Source of the DNA: Eledone cirrhosa | Lineage: Eukaryota | Assembly (NCBI GenBank): GCA_964016885.1 | Contig: OZ024746.1 | Coordinates: forward strand, 97,278,001-97,342,000 | Length of the DNA: 64,000 bases | Direction: 5' to 3' | In this document: positions 1 to 11,970 of the stretch, in pieces | How the letters are laid out: every line of letters starts with the position of its first letter | Position numbering within the stretch: position 1 is the stretch's first letter | Position numbers and translations under genes: made by a program | The notes under the pieces: model-generated | Seen by the model: the letters and a program-made list of their open reading frames with translations, nothing else | Told to the model about the DNA's origin: nothing | The model's database searches: none

Positions 1-791
1 CAGGCTTCAAAGCACTGAAAAGTACTATGGCTGTTTCTAGCTTGAACAAATAATTAAAATCTTAAATAATATGCAATTTTACTTTAAATTACACTAATAA
101 GAAACACTAGTGTTACATATATAGCAGTTTTCTAAAGTAACTGGCAACAATAAAGCGAGCAGTACTGTCAATTATTCCATTTCTAGTTTCAGTTAATTAA
201 CTGTTTGCAATTAGTATATCTCAAAGGGATTCATGATCAATCGAGGAACATGATTGGAGAAACAGATATAAATAACTTCTTTCTTAGAAGTAGAGTTTAT
301 CTGAAGTATTGTAAGATATATGGTTCAAATTGTTCAGGAAAACCATTGCAATGTTACTTAGAAGTAAAGGAATGAAAACATAGTTGTCGGGGGGACTGGA
401 TTGATGCCCTGCCTGTGGCCAACATTGGTGGGCTTCTCGGTCAAGACAAGCTCCACATCTCCATTGCACTTTGAGTGGGAGCCAATGTCTGTGGTAATGT
501 TGTGAGCGTGTTGGCTTGCTTCAAAGTGACTCTTATGATGCGCAGTTGATTATCTCACTTGGTGGTGAACTGATGGTCATTTTCGTTTTTGTTTTCGCTT
601 CCCCTTTTTCATTCTTTTTTTATTTTTCTAAATGTTTTCTCTTTTCTTCTTTCTCTCGCTCTGTTCATCTGTTTTGGTGCATTGTTTAGTAAAGTTCCAG
701 GACATGGTTGGTTGTATTTGTTATATGTGTTTACATTTGTGTTTATCAATGACATTATATTTGTAATGTTATTTAAGTATATATATATAAA

Positions 792-890
792 GTATTAAAT
801 TAATAATGAAAATAATATCAACAAAGTCGAGTTATGAATAGGTAAAATAACTCGACTTTGTTGATATTATTTTCATTGTTAATTTAATAC
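792..890. repeat. Fold-back hairpin, 44-bp arms with 11-nt loop, next to (TA)n
   Basis: gtattaaattaataatgaaaataatatcaacaaagtcgagttat (792-835) is the reverse complement of 847-890 with one mismatch. Confidence 0.9.
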
Positions 891-1002
891 CTAATATCTG
901 ACTCTGTATCTAAGGAATTAACTCAGCGGAACACGGAACTTTTCTATGGATTTCACTGGATTACTCTCCATCAGATTACATTGAGTTCTATCTATGGTAC
1001 TG

Positions 1003-1037
<35 letters not shown>

Positions 1038-1148
1038 GAAGGAAATGTGGTAAGGAACCAGATGGACCATAACGCACCAAAGTACTCAATACTTAGGGTA
1101 GTAGAGTTGGTAATAGGACTAAATGATATATATATATGTGTATGTATA

Positions 1149-1185
<37 letters not shown>

Positions 1186-1196
1186 ATGTATATATA

Positions 1197-1227
<31 letters not shown>

Positions 1228-1230
<3 letters not shown>

Positions 1231-1565
1231 ATCATCATCATCATCATCATCATTTTTATGTCCGCTTTTCCCTGCTTGCAAGGGTGGGACGGGAACTGAT
1301 TCTGGCTTGATTTCTACAACTGGATGCCCTTCCTAACACCAACCTCATTTACAGTGAGTGGTGGGTGCTTTTTTGCCGTGGCACCTCCACGACCACTTTG
1401 CAGTGGAATGATAGGGACCCCTGTCCCTATCATCTCATTTCTACGGCTGAGTAAACTGGAGCAATGTGAAATAAAGTGTCTTGTTCAAGGAAACAACACA
1501 TCACCTGGTCTGAGAATTGAACTCACAACCTTTTGATTGCAAGGCCTATGCTCTAACCCATGTGC

Positions 1566-1568
<3 letters not shown>
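1228..1568 (-). mobile_element. tRNA-derived SINE family A (CORE-like domain, Meta-like domain, RTE-type tail)
   Basis: Reverse complement of the + copies at 7414 and 13076; has a (GAT)n tail and is flanked by (TA)n. Confidence 0.9.
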
Positions 1569-1627
<59 letters not shown>

Positions 1628-1630
<3 letters not shown>

Positions 1631-1958
1631 TCATCATCATTCATCATCATTTCATTTTACGTCCACTTTTCCCTGCTTGCAAGGGTGGGACGGGAACAGA
1701 TTCTGGCTTGATTTCTACAGCTGGATGCCCTTCCTAACACCAACCTCATTTACAGTGAGTGCTGGGTGCTTTTATGCCGTGGCACCTCCACGACCACTTT
1801 GCAGTGGAATGATATGGAACCCAGTCCCTATCATCTCATTTCTACAGCTGAGTAAACTGGAGCAATGTGAAATAAAGTGTCTTGCTCAAGGAAACAACAC
1901 ATCACCCGGTCTGAGAATTGAACTCACAACCTTTCGATTGCAAGGCCAATGCTCTAAC

Positions 1959-1961
<3 letters not shown>
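1628..1961 (-). mobile_element. SINE family A, second tandem copy
   Basis: Near-identical to 1228-1568; head truncated at the A box; flanked by (TA)n. Confidence 0.9.
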
Positions 1962-2040
<79 letters not shown>

Positions 2041-2075
2041 GTATATATATTTATATATATATATATATGTATATA

Positions 2076-2118
<43 letters not shown>

Positions 2119-2821
2119 GTCGATACCCATCTTTTTCCATTTATCTGAGGGTTCTAAACCCCATTATCAGGCTAAGATTTCTTTAGTAATAAAAAAATAC
2201 AGTGAAAGCTATTCTATTTTCTAATTACAAACCTGCTCACTGTTTCAAAACATACTTACTTATATATATGAACACTTTAAAATGAACAGTTTTATATCAT
2301 AGAACCAGAGGCAGTCTCAGTTGGGTTGGTATTGAACAAGTTAAGAATCTTAATGTCTTATGTATATGATGATATATGTGTGTGTTAAACGAAATCATAA
2401 ATATAGAGGAAAAAAATTGAATTTTCTTTATTTTTATGATTATAGCTCTTTGTTATTTAATTCAATAAAGCTATCATGTTACAATGTCCCCGTTCTATTG
2501 CTAATATATTTATGACAAATGTTTATTGCACTATGAACTAATGAACAGAAAACTAGTTTCATGTTAATTCACCCAGTAATTATACATTAATCCTTTTAGT
2601 AAAATATGAATCAGTTTTAGAAATCTGAAATGTGTGAAAATTCTACTTCAGTGAGTATTAAATGTATTAAGCTGGAATATATTTGGTCATATGTTGTTGC
2701 TGCAGAATTATAATCTGACTGCAGGATAAAAATGGTATTGGTTGGCAGAATAATCCTTCTTCATTTACAGTTACTCTCTCTCACATACACACACGCTCTC
2801 TCTCTCTCTCACATACACACA

Positions 2822-2856
<35 letters not shown>

Positions 2857-3180
2857 TCTCTCTCTCTCTCCCTGTCATTACGTGCTTTATTTTCTTTGAC
2901 ACACACTGACACATGGAAGCAGATATGCATTTATTTCATAATATATTTGAAATAGTATTTTTACACTCAAATACACATTTGCTGCTATATTTGGCAAATT
3001 ACTCTTCATGAACAGAAGTTAGAAAATAGTAATAAATACCTTTAAAACTCATATCTATACCCTCACCACTTCCAGACTCTTGGTCATTACTCCCCTTATA
3101 ATCACACCTATATTTTCCTTGAAAGAACAGAGGCTAGATAGAGTGGAAAGGACTCTTTAATCTTGCAGAAGAAAGATCTC

Positions 3181-3221
<41 letters not shown>

Positions 3222-3242
3222 CATATATATACATCTATATAC

Positions 3243-3277
<35 letters not shown>

Positions 3278-3928
3278 TATATGTATATTTGTATATATAT
3301 ATATATATATATATTTGTAAAGTATATATATATATATATATTTGTAAAATTGGAGTATTTTCAGCACGAAAGGTAACCATAACAGCTGGATACTATTTGC
3401 ATAGTGGGGGGGTTAAGGTATAACCACAAATCAAACAGAGAATTGGAGAGAGAGGGAGAAAGAAAAGAGTCAAAGTATGAGATGAGAAATGAGAGGGTTA
3501 TAGAGAGAGAGAAGGGAAGAGGAGGTGAGAAGAAAAATGGGGACAAAAACGATAGAGCTGGACTTGTGGAGGAAGATGGAATGAATAGACTAAGAAGAAA
3601 AAGGAACTTAGCATTATCTGAATCATCAGCTTCCCACAATACTTTACAATATAATACTGTAACATAGTTTGTCGCGTAAGAGAACGACTATGTCCAGATG
3701 TATTCATCACGCAACAGGAATCAAATCTCTATCATTCAAACACGTCTGTATGGAGCCGTGATCAGGGATTTTTGCCACTACTGCTACTATTACTTCTGCC
3801 TAGTGTTGCAGCTGCACCTTTTTGAAAAGCATGGCACTTTGGGATTATGTCTTCTATCATCATATATTCCTATCAAGCAATGTTTTGTTAGTGAAATGTG
3901 GTTGACTGAACCTCCAGACATTGTCATG

Positions 3929-4210
3929 TCATCATCATCATAGTTTTTATGCTCATCTTTTCATACTTGCAAGAGTTAGATGAGTATTCTACATTAGAGC
4001 TCCTCTATATTTGTCTCTTTATGTAAACATCTCTTTTGTGAGATGTGTAGTTTCTTGAGGTTGGCTTTCCAGCTCTGACTCTGTTTTTCCTGGTTTTCCT
4101 CTTCAATGACTTCTTGGAAAACTTGTATACATTATACATCTGTAGTACTACAATTTTTCTTCTGCATGTAATATCTAATTCCTCTTACGCTCAGATTTTC
4201 TCTCTGCCCA
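3929..4210 (-). mobile_element. Degenerate RTE LINE 3' end
   Basis: (CAT)n tail; the minus strand reads RENLSVRGIR-like, matching the C-terminus of the RTE at 10179-10628. Confidence 0.6.
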
Positions 4211-4250
4211 TTCATGGTTCAATATATATATATATATATATATGTATATA

Positions 4251-4610
4251 CATCATCATCATCACCATTTTATGTCATTCTTCCATGCTAGCATGGGTTA
4301 AACGGGTTGTCCTGTTGTGGGCAGTGTCCGGTCGGCAGACTATCTTGTTCATACGGGAACTAATTTTGGCTTAATTTCTACAGCCAGATGCCTTTCCTAA
4401 CACCAACCTCATTTACAGTGAGTACTGGGTGCTTTTTACTGTGGCGCCTACACGACCACTTTACAGTGTGGAGTGGGTGCTTTTTTGTCATGACACCTGC
4501 GTGACCACTTTACAGTGTGGGAGAGGGGGAGGGCATACTGTCTATATGCTTCAGCTTCAGTTTGTACTTGTAGAAAGTCGGGTCTTGTGTATTACTGCGT
4601 AATGCCATCG
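4251..4610 (-). mobile_element. RTE-A 3' UTR fragment
   Basis: Diverged reverse-complement match to 10590-10929, with (CAT)n tail. Confidence 0.8.
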
Positions 4611-4692
4611 CCTTTGAGAGGTGCAAATGGGCAAGATCAGCTTTTATCACTTCATCCCAGGTCTTCTTGGGTTTCCCCACTCCAAGAAATCA

Positions 4693-4744
4693 GGCTGTCC
4701 TGATGATTTCTTTTGAATGAAACAGTTCTAGTCCTGTAGAAGCC
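4693..4744 (+). ncRNA. Type-I hammerhead ribozyme candidate (family H1)
   Basis: ggctgtc CTGATGA t-ttc-tttt-gaa-t GAAA cag-ttctagtc-ctg TA gaagcc. Stems I, II and III all pair; GUA cleavage triplet, cut predicted after 4738. Confidence 0.75.
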
Positions 4745-4760
4745 ATTTCTATATTAAACT

Positions 4761-4985
4761 TTATATATAAAGTAGAAATATAAGCTTATGCTGTATTTTG
4801 ACTACAGTAGAAATATAAGCTTATGCTGTCTTTTGACTACAGTAGAAATATAAGCTATGCTATATTTTGACGTACATGAATGTCAATACGCATCTTTTTT
4901 CCATTCAGAGGGCTTTTAAAAAATCCCACTAACACACTAACTTCGTTAGTCAAAGTACAGCATAAGCCTATATTTCTACTTTATT
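4761..4985. repeat. Three ~35-bp tandem units plus an inverted copy (fold-back)
   Basis: agtagaaatataagcttatgctgtattttgactac x3 (4771-4872); reverse complement at about 4947-4984. Confidence 0.8.
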
Positions 4986-5053
4986 TCAAACTTTGTTCAC
5001 TGTTTCATAAACAAACTTTCTTTATATACTATAAATGTCTTTATATAATACAC

Positions 5054-5100
<47 letters not shown>

Positions 5101-5495
5101 TAATATAAGCCAGTATTGCATCAAGAAAAATAAAACGTTGGCATGACATATATATGCGTGTGTGTGTAGCATCTTTCCCTACAGTATTTGAGAATACCTG
5201 AGTTGATTATAGGAAACAGATAAAATGCTGGAAGAAGAAATTCTGTTGTCAGTTTAGAAATGTTTAAAATTCTGTCTTACTTTCATATACATAGATTTAT
5301 TAATGTCTGGAGTGGCATAAAATAGCAAAATTTGTCTTGTGTTCACATAGTAATTGTAGTATTCTGGCAATAATAAGCATTATTTTATTTTGTTTACATA
5401 ATAAAACTTTCTTGAAATGTTGCTAAACACCAGGTCAGTCTTGATTGAGCAAACATATGATCAAGGATTTTCAACTGTGACCATTCCATTTATTA

Positions 5496-5536
5496 TTTGT
5501 AGTCCTTATCAGATACAATCTGATAAGGACTACAAA
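5496..5536. repeat. Perfect 19-bp-arm hairpin
   Basis: tttgtagtccttatcagat-aca-atctgataaggactacaaa. Confidence 0.9.
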
Positions 5537-5748
5537 AAAAAAACGTAGGGTCGGGTCTAATTTGATGAGAAATTGGCTGCTCTCTCTAGCATTTTGAATG
5601 AATGCAAACATAGATATTCCTTCATTGGCTGGAATACTGAAGAATTATTTGGTGAAAGGGAATGTCACATAACTGAATGGTTATGGTACAAACAGCTCAC
5701 ATGTTTTCACTTTAAATCCAGAATGCAATTTTCTATATTTTTTCTTAA

Positions 5749-5948
5749 CCCTTTAGCATTTAAACTGGCCATATCCGGTCGGAATTCTCTCACTTCTTTC
5801 TCTTCAAACCGACCATAACCGTCCACACTGAGGTTAAGGTTTATTCTCAAAATAAATATCAAAATCTCATAGATTAGATATTATGTGAGATAAAGTGTTT
5901 ACCATGAAAATACAATAGTAAATATAGAGTAATGTAAATGCCAAAGGG
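5749..5948 (-). mobile_element. piggyBac-type MITE (family P1)
   Basis: TTAA|CCCTTTAGCATTTA ... TAAATGCCAAAGGG|TTAA; about 11 related copies in the window. Confidence 0.85.
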
Positions 5949-6213
5949 TTAATCAATCTACAACTTGACAATATATATATTAGATCATCTGAGAATGCTT
6001 CTTAACCTGGCACTTTGAAGCCATCATGAGACAGGCTGAGAACATATTTATCATTTGATTGTTAGATTTATTTGGAGAATGAATATACATAGGATGAACA
6101 ATGATATATCTAGTAAATGATATATATATATCACGATAGAACCAGTTTTGAACTAGTTAGACTCAACAGAATACTCAATACTTGAGAAAGTAGAGTATGT
6201 CTATATTACAAAG

Positions 6214-6326
6214 ATATAAAGAATTGTGGCTCAACAGCTGAGCACATGCTGATTCAACAGTTAGTTCTGTCTGGAACTAGCTGTTGAAATGACAAGAGCT
6301 CAGCTGTCAAACCCCAACCCTTTATA
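6214..6326. repeat. Imperfect fold-back element between (TA)n tracts
   Basis: ttcaacagttagttc/gaactagctgttgaa and acagctgagc/gctcagctgt arms; preceded by the tactcaatac..agtagagt motif. Confidence 0.7.
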
Positions 6327-6429
6327 ATATATATATATATATATATGTTTATCCTGGGTTCAATCAGCGGTAACCACAGTAAGTAAGGTACTCAATACAT
6401 AGCAGAGTATAAATATTTAATATAGAAAT

Positions 6430-6480
6430 GGCTTCTACAGGACTAGAACTGTTTCATTCAGGAGAAATCATCAGAAAAGG
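6430..6480 (-). ncRNA. Type-I hammerhead candidate (H1) in the left arm of a fold-back (about 6420-6540)
   Basis: Minus strand: cctttt CTGATGA tttc-tcct-gaat GAAA cagttctagtcctg TA gaagcc. The mirror arm 6481-6537 has lost the core. Confidence 0.7.
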
Positions 6481-6529
6481 TTTTTCCTAATTTCTCCCAA
6501 ATGAAACAGTTCTAATCTTAGAAGGTATT

Positions 6530-6585
<56 letters not shown>

Positions 6586-6960
6586 ATATGTATGTATATA
6601 TGTATGTATGTATGTGTGTGTGTGTGTGAAATATAGAGATATATATGCTAAATACATTCACATAGATGTATGTATACTATGAGAAAGATAAAGAGATGAT
6701 TATGAAATCAGATCAAAGAAACAATGCTTTCACTGGCTTTTCCACCACTGATACTATCTGCCAATTGCAGAAAGAAGCAAATTTTGAACCCAGAACAAAC
6801 AACCAAATAAGAATGGGCAAAGTGAAAAACTGGCAATCAAAGAAACACTAAAATAGACTCAACTATGTGTGTTCCAAAGAGATTGTTTTGGTAAAAACAG
6901 GAGCAAACAGGAGAAAGCTCTCAACAGCGTAGTTTGTAGTTACGATGGAGATTCAGAATA

Positions 6961-7205
6961 ATAATAACATTAATAAAGATACTGATGTTACATAAATCAT
7001 TTATTCATTATAATTATTTCAACGGTTCTCCCGTGCAATCAAGATGTAATTCATGCATTTGTTGTTGTTGTTATGAGAATGGCATCGTCAGATGAATTCG
7101 ATTTTGTGATATGCTGCCGGCAGGTAAAACACATCCTTCTGTTCATTGAAATAATTATAATGAATAAACGATTTATGTAACATCAGCATTAATGTTATTA
7201 TTATT
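6961..7205. repeat. Fold-back element with ~60-bp arms
   Basis: ctgatgttacataaatcatttattcattataattatttcaa versus ttgaaataattataatgaataaacgatttatgtaacatcag. Confidence 0.85.
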
Positions 7206-7280
7206 ATTATATATATATATTAGAAAGTGAACAACACAAAATATCACTACTCCATTACCAAAGGTTTCTGGATCACAGAC

Positions 7281-7370
7281 GATAATAATACACATCTGGA
7301 TCGGTCGTCAGACAGAGATGTTATAGGATAACATCTCGGTCTGACAACCGATCCAGACATCTATATTATT

Positions 7371-7373
<3 letters not shown>
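7281..7373. repeat. Fold-back hairpin abutting (TA)n
   Basis: tctggatcggtcgtcagacagagatgttat-agg-ataacatctcggtctgacaaccgatccaga. Confidence 0.85.
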
Positions 7374-7413
<40 letters not shown>

Positions 7414-7414
<1 letters not shown>

Positions 7415-7735
7415 GAGGCACATGGCTTAGTGGTTAGAGCATTGGCCTTGCAATCGAAAGGTTGTGAGTTCAATTGTTGTTTCCTTGAGCAAGACACTTT
7501 ATTTCACATTGCTCCAGTTTACTCAGCTGTAGAAATGAGATGATAGGGACTGGGGCTCATATCATTCCACTGCAAAGTGGTCGTGAAGGTGCCATGGCAA
7601 AAAAGCACCCAGCACTCACTGTAAATGAGGTTGGTGTTAGGAAGGGCATCCAGCTGTAGAAATCAAGCCAGAATCAGTTCCCGTCCCACTCTTGCAAGCA
7701 GGGAAAAGCGGACGTAAAATGATGATGATGATGAT
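7414..7735 (+). mobile_element. SINE family A (small deletion after the B box)
   Basis: A box TGGCTTAGTGG, B box GAGTTCAATT; CORE-like ccttgagcaagacacttt...ctcagctgtagaaatg; aggaagggcatccagctgtagaaa; (GAT)n tail. Confidence 0.92.
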
Positions 7736-7793
7736 ATATATATATATATAATAATAAGGTTTCATATCTATGTTTCTCCTCATTGAGACTAAC

Positions 7794-7886
7794 CAAGAAT
7801 GATAACCCAGAGATGGTGGTATGAATCAGTAATTTGTTCAAAGTAATTACTTGAAGTTTTGATCCATTGTGGGTTGTACAGCTGCA
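7794..7886 (-). CDS. Candidate 93-nt internal coding exon of an unknown gene
   Basis: Acceptor atattttcag, donor TG|GTTAGT, length divisible by 3. Two frames are open (xQLYNPQWIKTSSNYFEQITDSYHHLWVIILx or CSCTTHNG...). Non-repetitive; no homology recognised. Confidence 0.3.
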
Positions 7887-9133
7887 CTGAAAATATTCAA
7901 ATTCTAATGAAAATATACTTCATATCTCTATCTCTAAGTGAGCTTTGATTTAAAGACATTTGATTTATGATCATTCCATATTTTTTTTAAAGGAATCAAA
8001 TATTTCTAATTAAGTACGAAAAAAATGTTTTAACTGTGACCATTCTCAATTTTTCTAATCCGCTGACCTTGGGCTGGTACTTTATTGATCCTGAAAAGAT
8101 CACAGGCGAGGTTGGCCTTGGTGAAATTTGAACTCAAAATGTAGAGAGCCAGAAGCCAACACATCCAATCTGCCACACTAGCCACTCTGCCAACTCTCCA
8201 CCTATGTATTGTACAGCTATGAAAAATAGGTGTTAGACTATTGATTGACTAGCTTAGAATTCAAACTTTGCCATTACTGTTGTGGTGCACCTTTGGGAGA
8301 CTTTACTTAACTCTTAATGTTTTCTACCGCATAAAATAACATTAATAAGACATTTTTGACAAAGTGAAAAATATTTCTATGAATGTATCACATCAAAAAT
8401 TGATGTCTTTTCTCTGATACAGTAAATTCTCACAAAGAACTCTACAATAGTACAGATACTATAAATATTTAAATTAACAAACACGTTTTATTAGATATGT
8501 TTTGCTAAATCAATACAAGATGTGAAGAGTTAATCAAGTTTATCTGACAGATAAAACAGGTTCTAGCTTTACTTTATGATTTGTGTTTAGCTTCAAGTCG
8601 ATTGTGATTGAACAGATCTATGATGAAAGGCGACACTTCTATATTAACCCTTTTGCTGCGAAAAAGCTTTGGGTTCTATGTTACAAAACTTTTGTTTTAA
8701 AGTGAATATAATCATCATTTAACATCCACTTTCCCTGCTAATTTTATGCCCAAATCTTTGTTATATTATGTTCCAAACACTGATTATTTTCTAAATAATT
8801 TGAAAATCATAAGCAGTGTCTTTCATATGCTAACCAACCAGTTAATATTGGAAAATGTATTTTAAAATACACATTTTATTACAAGCTAATGTTATTCTAT
8901 ATTCAGCCTAAGGAATCTTTTGTCACACAACCATTCCCTTTTGAAATGGAGAAGAATAACTGAATAAATCCACCCCTAGTTTATTACTGGTAATTATCTA
9001 TAACAAATATTATGGCCATAACAGTTAAAGTTAATCAGCGAGATTTGAACATAGGCCATTGAATAACTAAACTAAACAGAGTAAATATAAATATTTAGTC
9101 TTCCACTTGTCTTTTGCTGTTATATATATATAT

Positions 9134-9720
9134 AAAGAGCGATAAACACAGATATATGCATATGTGCGTTCAAATCATAAGGGACCTAAACAGCTAGGGT
9201 GAATAAGATGCTAACTATGAAGAATAAGGTTTGCCAGACTCAATTAAATGGATAAATTAAGCAATACAAACCGTACCATAATAACTATCACACCCAGACA
9301 GCCTTTGGTAAAACTGTTTCACAACAATGTGGACAGGGTTACAAATCTGATTGCTCTTCAGTGGATGTACAGATTAGTACTCCCTTCACTCCTAATTTCT
9401 CAGAAGACTAAATGTTGCGCGTGTTTTAAGAAAGAAAGAAACGCACATGGTATTCAGTACCTAGTGTGTCTTGTAAAACGTAGGTTACTAAAAATAGCAG
9501 CCAGATTTACTCAACATGTAAAAAGCTCGACAAAATTCTAGGAGCTGAGTTTATCAAAAGTATATACTGAGTTAAAAACTCACTAATTAAAATAGCTCAA
9601 GGAAAAAAAATTTCAAAGCCTTATTTGAATGCATATGTGTATATATCCGTGTTTATCTCTCTTTATTATATTAAATTATATTATAAGGCTCTGAAAAATT
9701 TTTTCCCTTGAGCTATTTTA
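9134..9720. mobile_element. Inverted-repeat-bounded element carrying a hammerhead (Penelope-like remnant)
   Basis: Arms 9134-9175 / 9623-9664 and 9595-9624 / 9683-9720; inserted at (TA)n. Confidence 0.6.
9290..9368 (-). ncRNA. Full type-I hammerhead ribozyme candidate (family H2), GUC site
   Basis: acatcca CTGAAGA gcaat...gttgt GAAA cagtttt-acca-aaggctg TC tgggtgt. 7-bp stem I, 5-bp stem II, 8-bp stem III, intact core. Confidence 0.85.
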
Positions 9721-9788
9721 ATTATAAGGGACTATTGTGAGTTTTTAACTCAATATATACTTTTGATATATATATATATATATATATA

Positions 9789-10628
9789 TCAAGTAGACGA
9801 GAAAACAGAACCCAGATCCCCTCAGGGAAATGGCCTTGCTCAGTATGTAGGAAAGGTGTAGGTAGGAACTCCATTCTTTGCCCCAAATGCAAACAATGGG
9901 TACACAAGAGATGTAGCGGGATCTCAGGAAGCTTAATTAAGAATGTAGGATTCACATGCAGCAGCTGTGCTGAAACAGCAAGCAAACAGCCACAGGAAAC
10001 AAGTACCACCAATCTCTGGGAGGGCCCTGTAGAAACAGTAGACAGCTTCTGCTACCTAGGTGACCGAATTAGCAACGGAGGTGGGTGCTCAGAAAGTACA
10101 ATAACTAGGGTAAGAACGGGATGGAAGAAGTTTAGGGAACTACTACCACTGCTAGCTGCAAAAGGCTTCTCCCTCAGAATGAAAGGCAGACTGTATGATG
10201 CGTGTATCCGAACAGCGATGTTGCATGGTAGTGAGACCTGGGCGCTGAAGGTGGAAGACTTACGTAGATTAGAGAGAAACGAAGCCTGCATGCTCCGATG
10301 GATGTGTAACAGTAATATACGTGAACGACAAAGCATAAATGAATTGAGAGAGAGACTGAGCATAAGAGGAATCAAATGCTGCGTGCAGGAGAGGCGGTTA
10401 CGCTGGTATGGACATGTGATGCGTATGAAGGATGACAGCTGCATAAAAAGGTGCAGAGCACTAGAAGTTGATGGAAACCGCGGAGTGGGGAGACCCAAGA
10501 TGACTTGGGATGAGGTGATAAAAGCCGACCTTACCCAACTACACCTCTCAAAGTCAATGACACACGACCGTGACTTCTGGCGTCACGCAGTAATACAGGG
10601 TACCCGACCTCCCATGGGTACATGCTGA
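9789..10628 (+). CDS. RTE ORF C-terminal part with PHD-like finger (5'-truncated)
   Basis: WPCSVCRKGVGRNSILCPKCKQWVHKRCSGISGSLIKNVGFTCSSC (C4-H-C3) lies in frame upstream of the ORF-track entry 10179-10628. Confidence 0.85.
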   Translation, partial: SSRRENRTQIPSGKWPCSVCRKGVGRNSILCPKCKQWVHKRCSGISGSLIKNVGFTCSSCAETASKQPQETSTTNLWEGPVETVDSFCYLGDRISNGGGCSESTITRVRTGWKKFRELLPLLAAKGFSLRMKGRLYDACIRTAMLHGSETWALKVEDLRRLERNEACMLRWMCNSNIRERQSINELRERLSIRGIKCCVQERRLRWYGHVMRMKDDSCIKRCRALEVDGNRGVGRPKMTWDEVIKADLTQLHLSKSMTHDRDFWRHAVIQGTRPPMGTC

Positions 10629-10929
10629 AGCATATAAACAATATGCCCCCCCCCCCCACCGCAAGGTGGTCGTGGAGGTGCCACGGCAAAAAAGCACCCA
10701 GCCCACACTGTAAAGTGGACGTGTAGGCGCCACGAAAAAGCACCCAGCACTCACTGTAAATGAGGTTGGTGTTAGGAAGGGCATCCAGCTGTAGAAATCA
10801 AGCCAGATCAGTTCCTGTATGAGCAAGGCATGGTCAGCCGACCAGACACTGCCCACAACAGGACAACCCGTCTAACCCATGCTAGCGTGGAAGAACGGAC
10901 GTAAAACGGTGATGATGATGATGATGATG
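9789..10929 (+). mobile_element. Young 5'-truncated RTE LINE (RTE-A)
   Basis: Stop-free frame 9789-10628 with VDSFCYLG, LHGSETW, RRLRWYGHV and GRPKMTW; 3' UTR and (GAT)n tail; inserted in (TA)n. Confidence 0.95.
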
Positions 10930-10980
10930 ATATATATATAGGTATTTTAGTTAATATGAAGCCTTGTGAGATATGTAATA

Positions 10981-11472
10981 ATTGATTGGTAAGTACATAA
11001 AAAAGCTGGTACAATGTGGTAGAAATATATAAAGGGCAAAATATGACAAATAAAACAAAACAAAGTAATCTTTTTTTTACCCAGTATATTTCAACACAAT
11101 ATTTCAGGGTTACACACCGCTTTTCAAATGCGAAACAAAAACGATGTGTGATGAAAATTAAAGCTTCTTTAATCCTTAAATTCCTCACATTCCCTTCCAT
11201 TGCTTCTTCGGTGACCTGAGTGTCTCAGTTGCAACATCACAAATAAACAATAGAGCTACATTGAGCTGAGTGGTTTCTATGACTGCGCAATACCTGCAAA
11301 TACTTGGACTACCATTGTTTTGCATTTGAAAAGACGGTTTTTAAACCTGAAATACTATGTTGAAATGTACTGGGTAAAAAAAAAACACTACTTTAGTTTG
11401 ATTTATTAGTTATCCTTTACTCTTTATATTTTTACCACATTGAACCAGCTTTCTGAAGTACTTAGCAATCAA
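10981..11472. mobile_element. Fold-back/MITE-like element with ~160-bp imperfect inverted arms
   Basis: ttttacccagtatatttcaacacaatatttcagg..cttttcaaatgcgaaaca versus tgttttgcatttgaaaag..cctgaaatactatgttgaaatgtactgggtaaaa. Confidence 0.75.
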
Positions 11473-11579
11473 CCATTTTGTTTGTTTGTTTCTTTGTTTG
11501 TATGTATGTAAGTATGTGTGTGTGGGTGGGTGTGCATATGTATGCATGAGTGTGTATGTGTGTGTATGTATGTGTATCA

Positions 11580-11970
11580 CTCAGACTCAGACTCAGAAGC
11601 TCCCGCGTCTTGCGACGTATGAGGCAATCATAATGTTCCACCGCGTTCGGTCAGCAGCCAGTTGCACAGCGTCCCGCCATTGTCTGTTTGTCGCTCACAG
11701 GTCCCTCTCAACTGTCTGGCGCCAGTTCATATTGGGTCGCCCTCTCCGTCTGCTTCCCTGCGGGCTCCATTTAAGTACTTGGTTCGCCAGTCTCTCCGGG
11801 GGAAGTTTCAAAGTGTGCCCAAACCAACCCAGGCGTCGCCTGCAGATGGCAGAAGAGACTAGCTGCTGGTTGATGTGGTTCCTGAGTTCCTGGTTTGTTA
11901 CTCGGTCACTCCATTTAATCCCCAGGATCTTTTGCAGACACCTGGAATCGAATGCATCCAACTTCTTCTC
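11580..11970 (-). mobile_element. RTE-type LINE 3' fragment with (TCTGAG)n tail
   Basis: DAFDSRCLQKILGIKWSDRVTNQEL...RRRLGWFGH...RRRGRPNMNWRQTVERDL. Confidence 0.9.

Noticed and set aside
284-469. 61-aa minus-strand ORF
   Set aside because: Non-ATG start and no motif; adjoins a repeat (530-780) also found at 23315-23520.
925-985. Minus-strand CTGATGG...GAAA hammerhead-like motif
   Set aside because: A9 is altered and stems II and III do not pair convincingly; possibly a decayed relic, so not counted.
1047-3423. YI-, CV-, HT- and ER-rich ORFs here and throughout the window
   Set aside because: They are translations of (TA)n, (CA)n, (GA)n and (CAT)n microsatellites, not genes.
5637-5670. CTGAAGA..GAAA motif
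   Set aside because: No stem III or stem I pairing; a chance match.
7250-7315. Minus-strand CTGACGA and GAAAcctttggTA pieces
   Set aside because: The two half-cores are separated by unrelated sequence and do not form one fold.
7414-7480. tRNA gene (TTGCAA loop suggesting Cys or Ala)
   Set aside because: This is the SINE A head; there is no acceptor-stem closure and it continues into the SINE body.
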